From Bacilli bacterium (lineage in GTDB: Bacteria; Bacillota_I; Bacilli_A; RFN20; UBA1709): DNA of 54,575 nucleotides. The notes under the pieces were generated by a model. That model had not been told where the DNA came from. It saw nothing but the letters and a program-made list of their open reading frames with translations, and ran no database searches. Below, one piece after another: positions 1 to 8,993 of this stretch; the stretch's first letter is position 1, and each line of letters starts with the position of its first letter. The stretch is taken from contig JAQUUH010000002.1 in assembly GCA_028693955.1 (NCBI GenBank), positions 75,264 to 129,838 of the forward strand, given 5' to 3'. Both the position numbers and the translations under genes were made by a program.

Positions 1-81
1 ATTACTAGAAAGTATTTAATTCAAGAAGAACAAATAAAGGAATTTGAAAAAGAAAAAAACAATATTTTAAAAGATAAGTAA
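1..81 (+). CDS. 3' end of an unidentified upstream ORF (partial)
   Basis: Frame 1 is open from the window edge to TAA at 79-81 (..ITRKYLIQEEQIKEFEKEKNNILKDK*). No family recognised. Confidence 0.3.
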   Translation: MTRKYLIQEEQIKEFEKEKNNILKDK

Positions 82-99
82 AGATTTGGAGATGATGTT

Positions 100-927
100 A
101 TGGTAAAAATACTTGATGGTAAGAAATTATCATTGACCCTGAAAGAAGAATTAAAATCAAAGTTTGATAGTATTAAGCAGCATCTTAAATTAGCAATAAT
201 AATGCCAATTTGTGATGATGCATCAATTGCTTATTTAAATTCTAGAGAAAGACTATGTAAAGAGTTTAATATTGAATTATGTGTATATAAGTTTGATGGA
301 AATGAAACAACAGAAGAACTTGTAGAATTAGTTAAAAAATTAAATCTTGATGATTCTATTCAGGGTATAATGATTGATAGACCTTTTCCAAAACAGGTTA
401 ATGAAGATAAAGTATATGAATTTCTTGATTATCGCAAAGATATTGATGGATGTTCTCTTATAAGTTGCGGAAAACTCTTTCAAGCTCAAGATTGCCTTGT
501 TTCTTCAACCGCTGTAGGAGTTATGACCTTACTTAAGTATTATAATATTGATTTAGTAGGCAAAAATGTTGTTATTGTAAATAGAAGCAAGATAGTTGGT
601 ATTCCTTTAATGCATTTACTTTTGAAAGAAAATAGCACTGTTACAATTTGTCATTCAAAAACAAAGAATTTAGCTAGAATTTGTTCAAAAGCTGATATTA
701 TAATTACAGCAATAGGTAAGGCGAAATATTTTACCAAAGAATATGTGAACGCAAAAACAACAATTATTGATGTTGGTATTAATTATGATGAAAACAATAA
801 AATATGTGGAGATGTTGACCAGGAAGTATATGAAATAGTTGATAGTTACTCCCCTGTTCCAGGAGGAGTAGGACCAGTGACAAATATAGCTTTACTTTTA
901 AATCTACTTAAGACTTTTGAGATTTAA
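100..927 (+). CDS. folD: Bifunctional methylenetetrahydrofolate dehydrogenase/cyclohydrolase FolD
   Basis: 275 aa. C-terminal PVPGGVGPVT motif, NRSKIVGIPL dinucleotide-binding segment, typical length. GGAG RBS at 88-91. Confidence 0.9.
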   Translation: MVKILDGKKLSLTLKEELKSKFDSIKQHLKLAIIMPICDDASIAYLNSRERLCKEFNIELCVYKFDGNETTEELVELVKKLNLDDSIQGIMIDRPFPKQVNEDKVYEFLDYRKDIDGCSLISCGKLFQAQDCLVSSTAVGVMTLLKYYNIDLVGKNVVIVNRSKIVGIPLMHLLLKENSTVTICHSKTKNLARICSKADIIITAIGKAKYFTKEYVNAKTTIIDVGINYDENNKICGDVDQEVYEIVDSYSPVPGGVGPVTNIALLLNLLKTFEI

Positions 928-945
928 GAAAAGGGAGGGGTAAAA

Positions 946-1785
946 ATGCTAGAGAACTTAAAAGAATTGTTTACTAACTTTAGTCTAGATAATCCAATTA
1001 TTGATAAAACAATTAGATTATTAATTTTGATAGTGATTATAGTTGTTTGCTATATTTTGATAAACTATATAGCAAAAAAGACAATTGATATAAACCAAAA
1101 AAGAAAAGGTATTGAAGGTCTAAAAAGAGCTGAGACTCTTTCTAAATTAACAAAATCTGTGATTCGCTATGTTTCCATTCCAATATTTATCATATTTGCA
1201 CTTCCAATATTTGGAGTTGAACCCGCGTCTGTTTTTGCTAGTGCTGGATTAATTGGAGTTATAGTTGGTTTTGCATTTCAAGATTTATTGAAAGATATAG
1301 TTGCAGGATTCTTTATTATCTTTGAAAGAACATATGAAGTTGATGATTTTGTCAAAATTAATAATTTTTCTGGAGTTATTTTAAGTCTTGGTATAAAGAC
1401 AACTGTTATTAGAAATTATAATGGAGAAATTTACACAATAAATAATAGAGATGTTGGTAATGTCATAAATTATTCTAAAGCTCCTTATTCAATAGTTGTT
1501 TGTGGTCTTCCAATAGCATATGATACAGATTTAAAAAAGTTTAAGAAAATATTAGATTCTGCTTTTGAAAATATCGAAGAAAAGTTTCCAGTTATGATGG
1601 AAAAACCTTCAATTAAAGGAATAACATCATTTGATAGTAGTTCACTACGATTCGAAATTCATATTATGGTAAAAAGCATGGAACAATTTCAGTTTAAAAG
1701 AGATTTTGATCAATATTTATTAGAAGTATGTAATGCTAATAAAATAAAAATTCCATATCAAACAATTACAATTACAAAGGAATGA
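946..1785 (+). CDS. MscS-family mechanosensitive ion channel
   Basis: N-terminal TM helices followed by an MscS beta-domain-like stretch (VDDFVKINNFSGVILSLGIKTTVIRNYNGEIYTINN). GGGAGGGG RBS. TGA stop. Confidence 0.85.
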   Translation: MLENLKELFTNFSLDNPIIDKTIRLLILIVIIVVCYILINYIAKKTIDINQKRKGIEGLKRAETLSKLTKSVIRYVSIPIFIIFALPIFGVEPASVFASAGLIGVIVGFAFQDLLKDIVAGFFIIFERTYEVDDFVKINNFSGVILSLGIKTTVIRNYNGEIYTINNRDVGNVINYSKAPYSIVVCGLPIAYDTDLKKFKKILDSAFENIEEKFPVMMEKPSIKGITSFDSSSLRFEIHIMVKSMEQFQFKRDFDQYLLEVCNANKIKIPYQTITITKE

Positions 1786-1794
1786 TGTGTTAAT

Positions 1795-1998
1795 ATGGAT
1801 AAAATCAAGTATGAACTTAACGATGTCGTTGAAATGAAAAAAGAACATCCTTGTTCTACAAGAAGTAAAACTTGGCAGATAATTAGGATGGGAGCGGATA
1901 TTAAAATAAAGTGCATGGGATGTGGAAGCGTTGTAATGCTAACAAGATATTCATTTGAAAAAAATCTTAAAAAAGTAATTGGTAAAGAAAAGGAGTAA
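1795..1998 (+). CDS. DUF951 (YyzM-like) small protein
   Basis: 67 aa with HPC..(x)..CMGCG cysteines. Resembles the small DUF951 protein that neighbours ychF in Bacilli. Confidence 0.65.
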   Translation: MDKIKYELNDVVEMKKEHPCSTRSKTWQIIRMGADIKIKCMGCGSVVMLTRYSFEKNLKKVIGKEKE

Positions 1999-2012
1999 TG
2001 TACTCCTTTTTT
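1991..2012 (+). terminator. Rho-independent terminator after DUF951
   Basis: AGGAGTA-atg-TACTCCT stem (1991-2007) followed by TTTTT. The stem includes the stop codon. Confidence 0.75.
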
Positions 2013-2039
2013 GATACAAAAACGAGATTTAAATATAAT
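2011..2039 (+). promoter_or_regulatory. Sigma-70-type promoter for the ABC-fusion module
   Basis: TTGATA (2011-2016), 17-nt spacer, TATAAT (2034-2039), 32 nt upstream of ATG 2072. Confidence 0.65.
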
Positions 2040-2071
2040 TTTATAGCAATATAATTAAATTAGGTGAATAT

Positions 2072-4036
2072 ATGATTAGATTAAATAATGTATGTAAAAA
2101 TTATGAAAATCACAAAGTTATAAATAATATAAACATTGAGTTTCCCCAAAGAGGACTTTTTGCAATTTTAGGAGAGTCTGGTTGTGGTAAAACAACATTA
2201 TTTAATATTATTGCGACACTAGATTCTCCAACAAAAGGTGAAATTTGGTTGGAAAATTTAAATATCACAAAACTGAACGATAAAGGCAAATCAAATTATA
2301 GAAAAAATGTATGCACAATAATATATCAAAATAATTATTTGTGTCCTTATTTAAATGGTCAAGAGAATATTGAAATGGCAAATAGAATCAAAAACAATGA
2401 AAGAAAATTTGAATATTATGCAAAAAGATTAAATGTTCTTAATTGTTTAAATAAGAGTCCTAAGTATATGTCGGGAGGAGAAAAACAACGAATCGCATTT
2501 ATTAGATCTATTTCCTGTAATAATCCAGTAATTCTTGCCGATGAGCCTACGGGGTCTTTAGATTCCATAAATAGTTCAATAGTAATGAACATTTTAAAAG
2601 AAGAATCAAAACAAAAATTAGTTATAATTGTTACTCATGATATAGATTTAGCTGAAAAATATGCGGATAAAATACTTAATTTAGAAAAAGGAATTATAAA
2701 TGAGCAAATTGCTAAAAAAGAATCTCATCAAATAAATGAAAAGAAAATTAATGATAAAAGTATTTCGCTTAAAAATTTATTTTTTTGGTCGTTCAAATCT
2801 TTTATAAATAGAAAAATTAGGTATATACCAATAATTTTATGCTATGTTTGTTGTATTGTTTTTTTATTGCTTGCTTTGGCAGGAAAAACAGGGATGAATT
2901 CTTATATATCATATTTAATAGAAAAAAGACTGGATTATGATTATATAAATTTGTATACAATAAATGAGAATAAGTTAAAAGCCATTGATTCAAATATAAT
3001 TCAAATTTTAGAAAAATATAAACAGGATATTAAGTTAACAATTAGTTTTGATAATTATTTAAATCAATTTTTAAAAATTAAAAACTTAGAGGAAAACGAA
3101 TTTTATGAAATAAAAGTGATAGATATGGATAAAAATGAAATATTAATAAATAATTTATTGTCTGAAAAATTAAATTCTAATACTATTGAAATAAATGGCC
3201 AAATAATAATTCCTTATTACAGTAATAGTAAATCAATAAGCGAAAATAAAAATATTAATATTAAAAATGATGTTGATGGTATTATCGAAGAAGGAGAAAT
3301 TTATAATACCCCTAAATTATATTTGAGCAGGAAGTTTGTCAACAATATTTTTGCGGGAATAAATATCGAATTAATTGCTAAAGAGCTCTCTCTTGATTTT
3401 TTAGATCTTAAAGAGTATTTATATAGTTATAGTGAATTTTGTAATATGCCGTTACAAGTAATTATAAAAAATAAAGAGATTAAAACTAAATTATATAATG
3501 AGTTGTTGGCGCTTAAAAATACACATTCTCAATATTCTTTATCTACAAACACAAATACCAATACTTATAACATTATCGAAACAGGAGATGAGATGTTAAG
3601 AACATCATTTAAAGATATTATTGATATGAGTCAAATAGTAATAATTATGTTAATGCTATTTTTAATTCTTATTATATCAAGCATAATATCTTTAATGCTT
3701 TATTATTCATCAAAAGAAAGAAATAAAGAATTTGCATTAATTAGAACATTTGGCGGCAATAAACTAGATATCAGTAAATTAATATTTTTAGAATCTTTTT
3801 ATATATCATTTTTTGTAATAATTATATCGGTATTTATTTCATATATTATTAGTTATATAGTTTATTTAGATAGTAGGAAAATTTTAAAAAGTAGAGAATT
3901 ATTTAATATATTTCAATTTCAAATTATGGATATTGTAATAATAGTTATGATATGTTTTTTTGTTACACTTTTTTCTTCTTTCTCCTCAATATTAAAGACT
4001 TATAAGGCAAATATATTTGGAATATTCAAAGATTGA
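2072..4036 (+). CDS. ABC transporter, fused ATPase + FtsX-type permease (MacB architecture), subunit 1
   Basis: Walker A GESGCGKTT, signature MSGGEKQR, Walker B ILADEPTGSLD, H-loop VTHD. Then TM1, a loop of about 245 aa, and 3 C-terminal TMs (FALIRTFGGNKLDI.. FtsX-like). Confidence 0.8.
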   Translation: MIRLNNVCKNYENHKVINNINIEFPQRGLFAILGESGCGKTTLFNIIATLDSPTKGEIWLENLNITKLNDKGKSNYRKNVCTIIYQNNYLCPYLNGQENIEMANRIKNNERKFEYYAKRLNVLNCLNKSPKYMSGGEKQRIAFIRSISCNNPVILADEPTGSLDSINSSIVMNILKEESKQKLVIIVTHDIDLAEKYADKILNLEKGIINEQIAKKESHQINEKKINDKSISLKNLFFWSFKSFINRKIRYIPIILCYVCCIVFLLLALAGKTGMNSYISYLIEKRLDYDYINLYTINENKLKAIDSNIIQILEKYKQDIKLTISFDNYLNQFLKIKNLEENEFYEIKVIDMDKNEILINNLLSEKLNSNTIEINGQIIIPYYSNSKSISENKNINIKNDVDGIIEEGEIYNTPKLYLSRKFVNNIFAGINIELIAKELSLDFLDLKEYLYSYSEFCNMPLQVIIKNKEIKTKLYNELLALKNTHSQYSLSTNTNTNTYNIIETGDEMLRTSFKDIIDMSQIVIIMLMLFLILIISSIISLMLYYSSKERNKEFALIRTFGGNKLDISKLIFLESFYISFFVIIISVFISYIISYIVYLDSRKILKSRELFNIFQFQIMDIVIIVMICFFVTLFSSFSSILKTYKANIFGIFKD

Positions 4037-6317
4037 TTTAGTAAATATATGTAAATATTATCGGCAAGAGGAAAAAGAATTGAATATTTTAAAGAATATT
4101 AATATTAATTTTTCTGTTGGGAAAATATACGCAATAGTAGGAAAATCGGGAAGCGGTAAAACAAGTTTATTAAATATAATAGGAGGTATTGATTCAAACT
4201 ATAGTGGAGTTTATAGATATTGTGGTAAATCAATAAATAAAAAAAATTTAAATTATTATAGAAATAAAAAAATTTCTTATTCTACTCAAAAACCAGTACT
4301 TTTCGATAATTTAAATGTATCTCAAAATATCAATTTACCACTATTTTTAGAGAATAAAGAAATTGTTAATGATATATTAAAAAATAAAATACTAAAATAT
4401 AATCTTTTGATAGAATTAAAAGAAAAAATAAAAAATCTTTCTTATGGTCAAAAACAAAGGGTTGATTTCATAAGGAATATAGAGATATCAAAAAAAGTAA
4501 TTCTTTTAGATGAGACGCTATCTGGTATAGATATAAAAACTAAGGACATTATAGGCAATGAATTACAAAAAATTAAAAATAATAAAATAATAATTATTGT
4601 TACTCATGATAATAATTTTATTAAAAAATTTGTAGATGAGACAATTGAAATAAAGGATGGGAAAATTTCTAAAAATTTAATTAAAAATAATAATACATAT
4701 ATTGAAAAAATAAGCATAAGAAGAGGTAAATTAAGTTCAAGAAATGTAATAAGAATTGCTTTCTCTTTTTTAAAAGCCAACATAAAAAGAGTTATTACTT
4801 ATATTTCTTTATTATCAACAGCTTTTACAGGATTAATTTTAATATTTTTATTGAGCCAAACATTTACAAATTATTTTAATAGTGTTATTGGCGGAGATTA
4901 TATTAAGAGTATCTATAATATATCCTTAAAAAGTGATAATTATAATGTAATTAATAATGACAATTCAATAATTATTAAGAGTGATTTTGCAATCAACACA
5001 ATGATTTCAAATAAAAAACTTGATATTTCTAAAAAAATAAATAGCTATAGAATATCGAAAGAATTAATTTCTCTAAATTCAGTTTCAATAAATATAAATT
5101 CAGATTATTTGAACACAATAACTAATAAAGGTGAAGAATATATAAATAAATATTTGCAATCCAATATATATAATCTAGTTTTTAGTAGTGATGAAGATAA
5201 AAAATTATATATTAGGTTAATTAATTTGAAAATTGACAACAGCATTAAAGATTTTGAATTTGTAAATAGTAATGATAATTGGAATGCACATGTTTTTGGT
5301 GCTTTTGGAGATTACGATGTCATCCCATGTCAAAGATTTTATAACAATATAGAATTAAATAATTATGTAATAAAAAATTCAGAAAATTTCAAAAATTTAG
5401 ACTATGAAATTTATGATAATTGTTTAATAGTAAATAAAGAAAATATAAATAAATTAAAAAAAGAAGATTTAGAATATTTAATTAGTAAATATGGTAAAGA
5501 AAATATTGTGCCTTGTTCAATCAAGCAAGGGATTTATTGTAATGAATTAACTGGAGAAATAAAATTTTATGGAGATTATGAAGGAGATATTTATGAAGTA
5601 AATTATAAGATTTATTATAAAGAAAAAGAAGATTTAAAGGTTGAGATTTCTAGTGATTTAAAAGAATTTTTGGTAGATAACTATTTTATTTTACAAGGGG
5701 GTGATTATAAAATAAATGTCAAAAATTTTAATTTTATTTCTAGCAAAAACAAAGAAATAAAGGCTAATAAGAATATATTATCAATCGAAAAAATTACTGA
5801 TAATATAGATACAAATTTTGTTTTCATTTATTCTAATCATGCAATATCAGAAGAAGAATATAATGTAGCAAACATTTATAATGATATTAAAAAACCAATT
5901 GATAATGTCTTGCAAATAGTAGAATATATTTTACTTATTTTCTTTTTATTTAGTGTGTTTATTTGTTTAATTGGTTTAATAACTATTGAGTTTTTGGATT
6001 TTGATGATAGAAAAAAACAAATAGGATATTTACAAAGTCTAGGTTGGGGAAATTTAAATATATATAGGATAGTACAATTTGAAAATCTAATAAAATTCAT
6101 TTTTTCATCAATTTTTATTTTGGGGATGCTATTTTTTTCTAAGTTTAATATTGAAAATATATTTTTAAACATTTTAAAAGAAAAAATAATTATTAATATA
6201 AGTGGATGCGAAATTTTAATTATTATTTGTTTAGTATTCGTCATAAATTATATTGTTGTACTTTTCCCATTTTTAAAAGTTATGAAGACATCTCCTCTTG
6301 ATAACCTTAGTGGTTAA
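4017..6317 (+). CDS. ABC transporter, fused ATPase + FtsX-type permease (MacB architecture), subunit 2, degenerate signature motif
   Basis: TTG start overlaps the upstream gene by 20 nt. Walker A GKSGSGKTS, signature LSYGQKQR (not LSGGQ), Walker B ILLDETLSGID, VTHD. TM1, a loop of about 350 aa, then 3 TMs (IGYLQSLGWGNLNI..). Confidence 0.75.
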   Translation: MEYSKIDLVNICKYYRQEEKELNILKNININFSVGKIYAIVGKSGSGKTSLLNIIGGIDSNYSGVYRYCGKSINKKNLNYYRNKKISYSTQKPVLFDNLNVSQNINLPLFLENKEIVNDILKNKILKYNLLIELKEKIKNLSYGQKQRVDFIRNIEISKKVILLDETLSGIDIKTKDIIGNELQKIKNNKIIIIVTHDNNFIKKFVDETIEIKDGKISKNLIKNNNTYIEKISIRRGKLSSRNVIRIAFSFLKANIKRVITYISLLSTAFTGLILIFLLSQTFTNYFNSVIGGDYIKSIYNISLKSDNYNVINNDNSIIIKSDFAINTMISNKKLDISKKINSYRISKELISLNSVSININSDYLNTITNKGEEYINKYLQSNIYNLVFSSDEDKKLYIRLINLKIDNSIKDFEFVNSNDNWNAHVFGAFGDYDVIPCQRFYNNIELNNYVIKNSENFKNLDYEIYDNCLIVNKENINKLKKEDLEYLISKYGKENIVPCSIKQGIYCNELTGEIKFYGDYEGDIYEVNYKIYYKEKEDLKVEISSDLKEFLVDNYFILQGGDYKINVKNFNFISSKNKEIKANKNILSIEKITDNIDTNFVFIYSNHAISEEEYNVANIYNDIKKPIDNVLQIVEYILLIFFLFSVFICLIGLITIEFLDFDDRKKQIGYLQSLGWGNLNIYRIVQFENLIKFIFSSIFILGMLFFSKFNIENIFLNILKEKIIINISGCEILIIICLVFVINYIVVLFPFLKVMKTSPLDNLSG

Positions 6318-6365
6318 GTCTATATTATTATTATATGCCAACTAATATTAAGTCTTGAGGTGAAA

Positions 6366-7502
6366 ATGGTGCAGGTATTAATTTTGACAGCAACAGCTGG
6401 ATCAGGACACAATGCAGCTGCTAAATCATTAGATACACATTATAAAAATAATTATAAAGATGTAGAGTCTTTAGTTGTTGATATTTTTAAACCCGATCAT
6501 CGAATAATTGCTTTTGTAATTAATGAGTTGCACTTTTTTTTACTAAAAATTTTCCCATCACTGATGAGATTATCATATAGATTGAATGATAAGAAAAAAA
6601 TAAATTATAAAATGAATGTGGCAAAAACAACAGGGTTAAGAGCCAAAAGAAGAATTCAAAGAATTATAAAAGAATTTAAACCAGATGCTATAGTTTCTAC
6701 TCATCCTTTTGCTTTGGGATTGGTGTCATATTTTAAAGAAAAAGAGACAATTGATTGTAGAACTTATTATGTTATTACAGATTATTGTCTTCTTCCAGAT
6801 AGTGAAAATGCATATAACATGGACAAGGTTTTTACATCATGTAAAGAAATAAATGGCGATTTAATCAAAAAAGGAGTTTCAAGGAAATTATTGCTATCTA
6901 CAGGAATACCAGTAGATGATCGATATGAAAATTATAAAGAAGAACTCATAGATTATGACAAAATAGATGTTAATCCAGATTTATTTACCATATTATTGAT
7001 GAACGGGGGACAAGGGATAGGTTATAATTATGAGATTATTAAAGAGTTAGGAGAATTAAAAAAAGAAATTCAGATAATTTCTATAAATGGTTCAAACAAA
7101 AAAACAAAAAATAATATAGATAGATATTTAAGAAAAAATCCAGATTTAAAAATTAAAGTTATAAATAAGGGATATAGCGATAATGTTTTTCAGTATATGC
7201 AAGTTAGTGATTTATATATTGGTAAAGCTGGAGGAATATCTACAACTGAATGTATAAAGATAGGTCTACCAATATTAATACCTAAAAAACCTCCCTTTCA
7301 TGAAATCTATAATGTAGATTTTTTAGTAAAAAAAGGCTATGCAATTTATAGTAAAAGTATAAAGAATCTTAAAAAAGATATTGAAAAATTTTTAAAAGAT
7401 AAAAAGACATTAGAAAAAATAAAAAATGCACAATTAAATTTTGAATATCATGATAGTGCAAAGAAAATTTGTAATTATATTTATAAAAATAGTGCTGATT
7501 AA
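6366..7502 (+). CDS. UgtP/MGDG-synthase-family (GT28) diacylglycerol glycosyltransferase
   Basis: N-terminal VLILTATAGSGHNAAAKSL resembles the UgtP/MGDG_synth N-domain. Length and layout are colinear with B. subtilis UgtP. ATG 6366 preferred over GTG 6360 (GAGG at 6357-6360). Confidence 0.75.
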   Translation: MVQVLILTATAGSGHNAAAKSLDTHYKNNYKDVESLVVDIFKPDHRIIAFVINELHFFLLKIFPSLMRLSYRLNDKKKINYKMNVAKTTGLRAKRRIQRIIKEFKPDAIVSTHPFALGLVSYFKEKETIDCRTYYVITDYCLLPDSENAYNMDKVFTSCKEINGDLIKKGVSRKLLLSTGIPVDDRYENYKEELIDYDKIDVNPDLFTILLMNGGQGIGYNYEIIKELGELKKEIQIISINGSNKKTKNNIDRYLRKNPDLKIKVINKGYSDNVFQYMQVSDLYIGKAGGISTTECIKIGLPILIPKKPPFHEIYNVDFLVKKGYAIYSKSIKNLKKDIEKFLKDKKTLEKIKNAQLNFEYHDSAKKICNYIYKNSAD

Positions 7503-7509
7503 CAGCACT
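7491..7509. terminator. Shared hairpin between convergent genes
   Basis: AGTGCTG-attaa-CAGCACT perfect 7-bp stem. The loop holds the TAA of the glycosyltransferase and the 3' arm overlaps the stop of the minus-strand oxidoreductase. Confidence 0.55.
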
Positions 7510-8509
7510 ATTTTAATTTAATTATTTCTTTTTTAGCCCAGTGAGAATCTGCAATAACAGATCTTGCAACTCCTATTAAATCAGCAATATTATTGTCAAT
7601 AAAATCAGAAGCTTTTTCCAAAGTTTTAAATCCACCAGTTAAAACAATAGGAACAGATGAGGCATCTTTAATTACTTTAGCATAAGGAGCAAAATATCCT
7701 TCAACATTTTCTTTTCCTGGAATTATATATCCTCCAATACCTCCAGATACACTTAACATATTAACTCCTAATTTGCATAAATCGGGCACTATTTTTGCAA
7801 CTTCTTCGGCATCAATTCCACCATCTACTATATCTGTTCCTACTATTCTTACAGATACTATAAAATCTTTTCTTACTTTTTCTTTGACAGCTTTTGTTAC
7901 TTCTAGTAGAAGTCTAGCTCTATTTTCAAGGCTTCCTCCATATTCATCGGTACGTTTATTGGTTTTAGGTGATAGGAATTGATTTAAAAGATAACCATGA
8001 CAGCAATGAATTTCAACTCCATCAAAACCACTTTCTTGTACTCTATATGCTGCTTTTGCAAAAGAATCTATAACTTCTTTTATATCTTTTTTGGACATAG
8101 ATATTGAATCTTTTTTAAAACGATCATTATGTATTGCTGAAGCAGAATAGGCAATATCATTTTTAGTAGCTTCTTCAACAAACATGGCAGCACCACAATG
8201 ATTGATTTGTACTAGAACCGGGGTATCATTATTATGTATTACAGTAGAAAGTTTTTTTAATGAAGGAATGTCACTATCTTTACTTACCGACAATTGAACC
8301 CTTCTATTTCTTCCTTTAATATCTACATAGCTATGTTCAATAACAACAAGCCCAAAAGATCTATCAACCGTTCTATCATGATAATATTCTAAGGTTTTAT
8401 CAGTAATATTACCGTTTATATCACACATATAGGTAGCAGCAGGAGCAAAAATTAGTCTATTTCTTAATTCTAAATTGTTTATTTTAATTGTTTTTAAAAC
8501 TGATTTCAT
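7508..8509 (-). CDS. NADH:flavin oxidoreductase (Old Yellow Enzyme family)
   Basis: LRNRLIFAPA, QINHCGA and EIHCCHGYLLNQFLSPKTNKRTDEYGGSLENR motifs typical of OYE/NADH oxidase TIM-barrel flavoenzymes. Confidence 0.85.
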   Translation of the reverse strand: MKSVLKTIKINNLELRNRLIFAPAATYMCDINGNITDKTLEYYHDRTVDRSFGLVVIEHSYVDIKGRNRRVQLSVSKDSDIPSLKKLSTVIHNNDTPVLVQINHCGAAMFVEEATKNDIAYSASAIHNDRFKKDSISMSKKDIKEVIDSFAKAAYRVQESGFDGVEIHCCHGYLLNQFLSPKTNKRTDEYGGSLENRARLLLEVTKAVKEKVRKDFIVSVRIVGTDIVDGGIDAEEVAKIVPDLCKLGVNMLSVSGGIGGYIIPGKENVEGYFAPYAKVIKDASSVPIVLTGGFKTLEKASDFIDNNIADLIGVARSVIADSHWAKKEIIKLK

Positions 8510-8621
8510 TAATATCCCTCTTTTCTTTATGTATTTTAATTATACAATATTAATCAATATGGTTCATACTTTAATATTAAAAAAGACTTTTAAAATAAAG
8601 AATTTAACCAAAAATAAAAAA

Positions 8622-8649
8622 TTGTATTTTGAAAAAAGTATGCTATAAT
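8622..8649 (+). promoter_or_regulatory. Promoter of the cold-shock gene (extended -10)
   Basis: TTGTAT (8622-8627), 16-nt spacer, TGcTATAAT (TATAAT 8644-8649). Leaves a 5' UTR of about 50 nt. Confidence 0.55.
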
Positions 8650-8704
8650 GTGGATGTATCGTGTAAACGGTGCAAATTAAACGAAAGGTAAAAAGGTTAT
8701 TCTA

Positions 8705-8902
8705 ATGAAAGGCACAATCAAGATGTTCAACAAGGAAAAAGGTTTCGGATTCATTAAATGTGAAGACGGAAAAGATGTATTTTTCCACTACTCTGAATTA
8801 AAAGTCGAAGGTTTTAAAACTGCAGAACCAGGTGAAGAAGTCGAATTTGACGTTCAAGAATCTGATCGCGGACCAAGAGCTTCAAATATCCGCAAGATAT
8901 AA
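8705..8902 (+). CDS. Cold-shock protein (CspA family)
   Basis: 65 aa. RNP1 KGFGFI and RNP2 VFFHYS motifs. Confidence 0.93.
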   Translation: MKGTIKMFNKEKGFGFIKCEDGKDVFFHYSELKVEGFKTAEPGEEVEFDVQESDRGPRASNIRKI

Positions 8903-8916
8903 ATAAGAGTAATAAG

Positions 8917-8938
8917 AAACCACTGAGGTGGTTTTTTA
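8917..8938 (+). terminator. Rho-independent terminator after csp
   Basis: AAACCAC-tgag-GTGGTTT followed by a T-run. Confidence 0.8.
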
Positions 8939-8993
8939 TTTTGCCTTTAATTATTTTTTTTGCTATCATAGTGTAGATACGGAGGGGATTTAT

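Noticed and set aside
1783-1785. Possibility of genetic code 4 (TGA = Trp), as in Mycoplasma and Spiroplasma.
   Set aside because: TGA terminates well-formed genes (e.g. MscS at 1783-1785 and phnE1 at 35649-35651). Trp positions are TGG, and no conserved gene is broken by an in-frame TGA. The standard bacterial code applies.
3541-3580. TNTNTNTYN-coding ACA/AAT-rich stretch in ABC fusion 1, as a tandem repeat or contingency locus.
   Set aside because: It is only about 4 imperfect dipeptide units and the DNA is not a clean tandem repeat. It is consistent with ordinary low-complexity drift in an N/T-rich extracytoplasmic domain.
5876-6244. 122-aa minus-strand ORF inside ABC fusion gene 2.
   Set aside because: It lies entirely antisense within a well-supported CDS. 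It has an AT-rich low-complexity translation (I/K/N/F), no RBS and no recognisable motif. It is the kind of open frame expected by chance in very AT-poor-stop antisense frames.
8928-8993. N-terminal extensions in the ORF track: ychF from GTG 8928, thiT from TTG 16951, TetR from TTG 48035, and similar GTG/TTG starts at 6360, 13288, 14555, 16142, 26639, 26711, 38676, 40697 and 51878.
   Set aside because: The extensions run through a terminator (8917-8938), a riboswitch aptamer (16876-16964) or an operator palindrome (48034-48051). Otherwise they lack an RBS, while a downstream ATG has a good Shine-Dalgarno sequence and gives a family-typical N-terminus.
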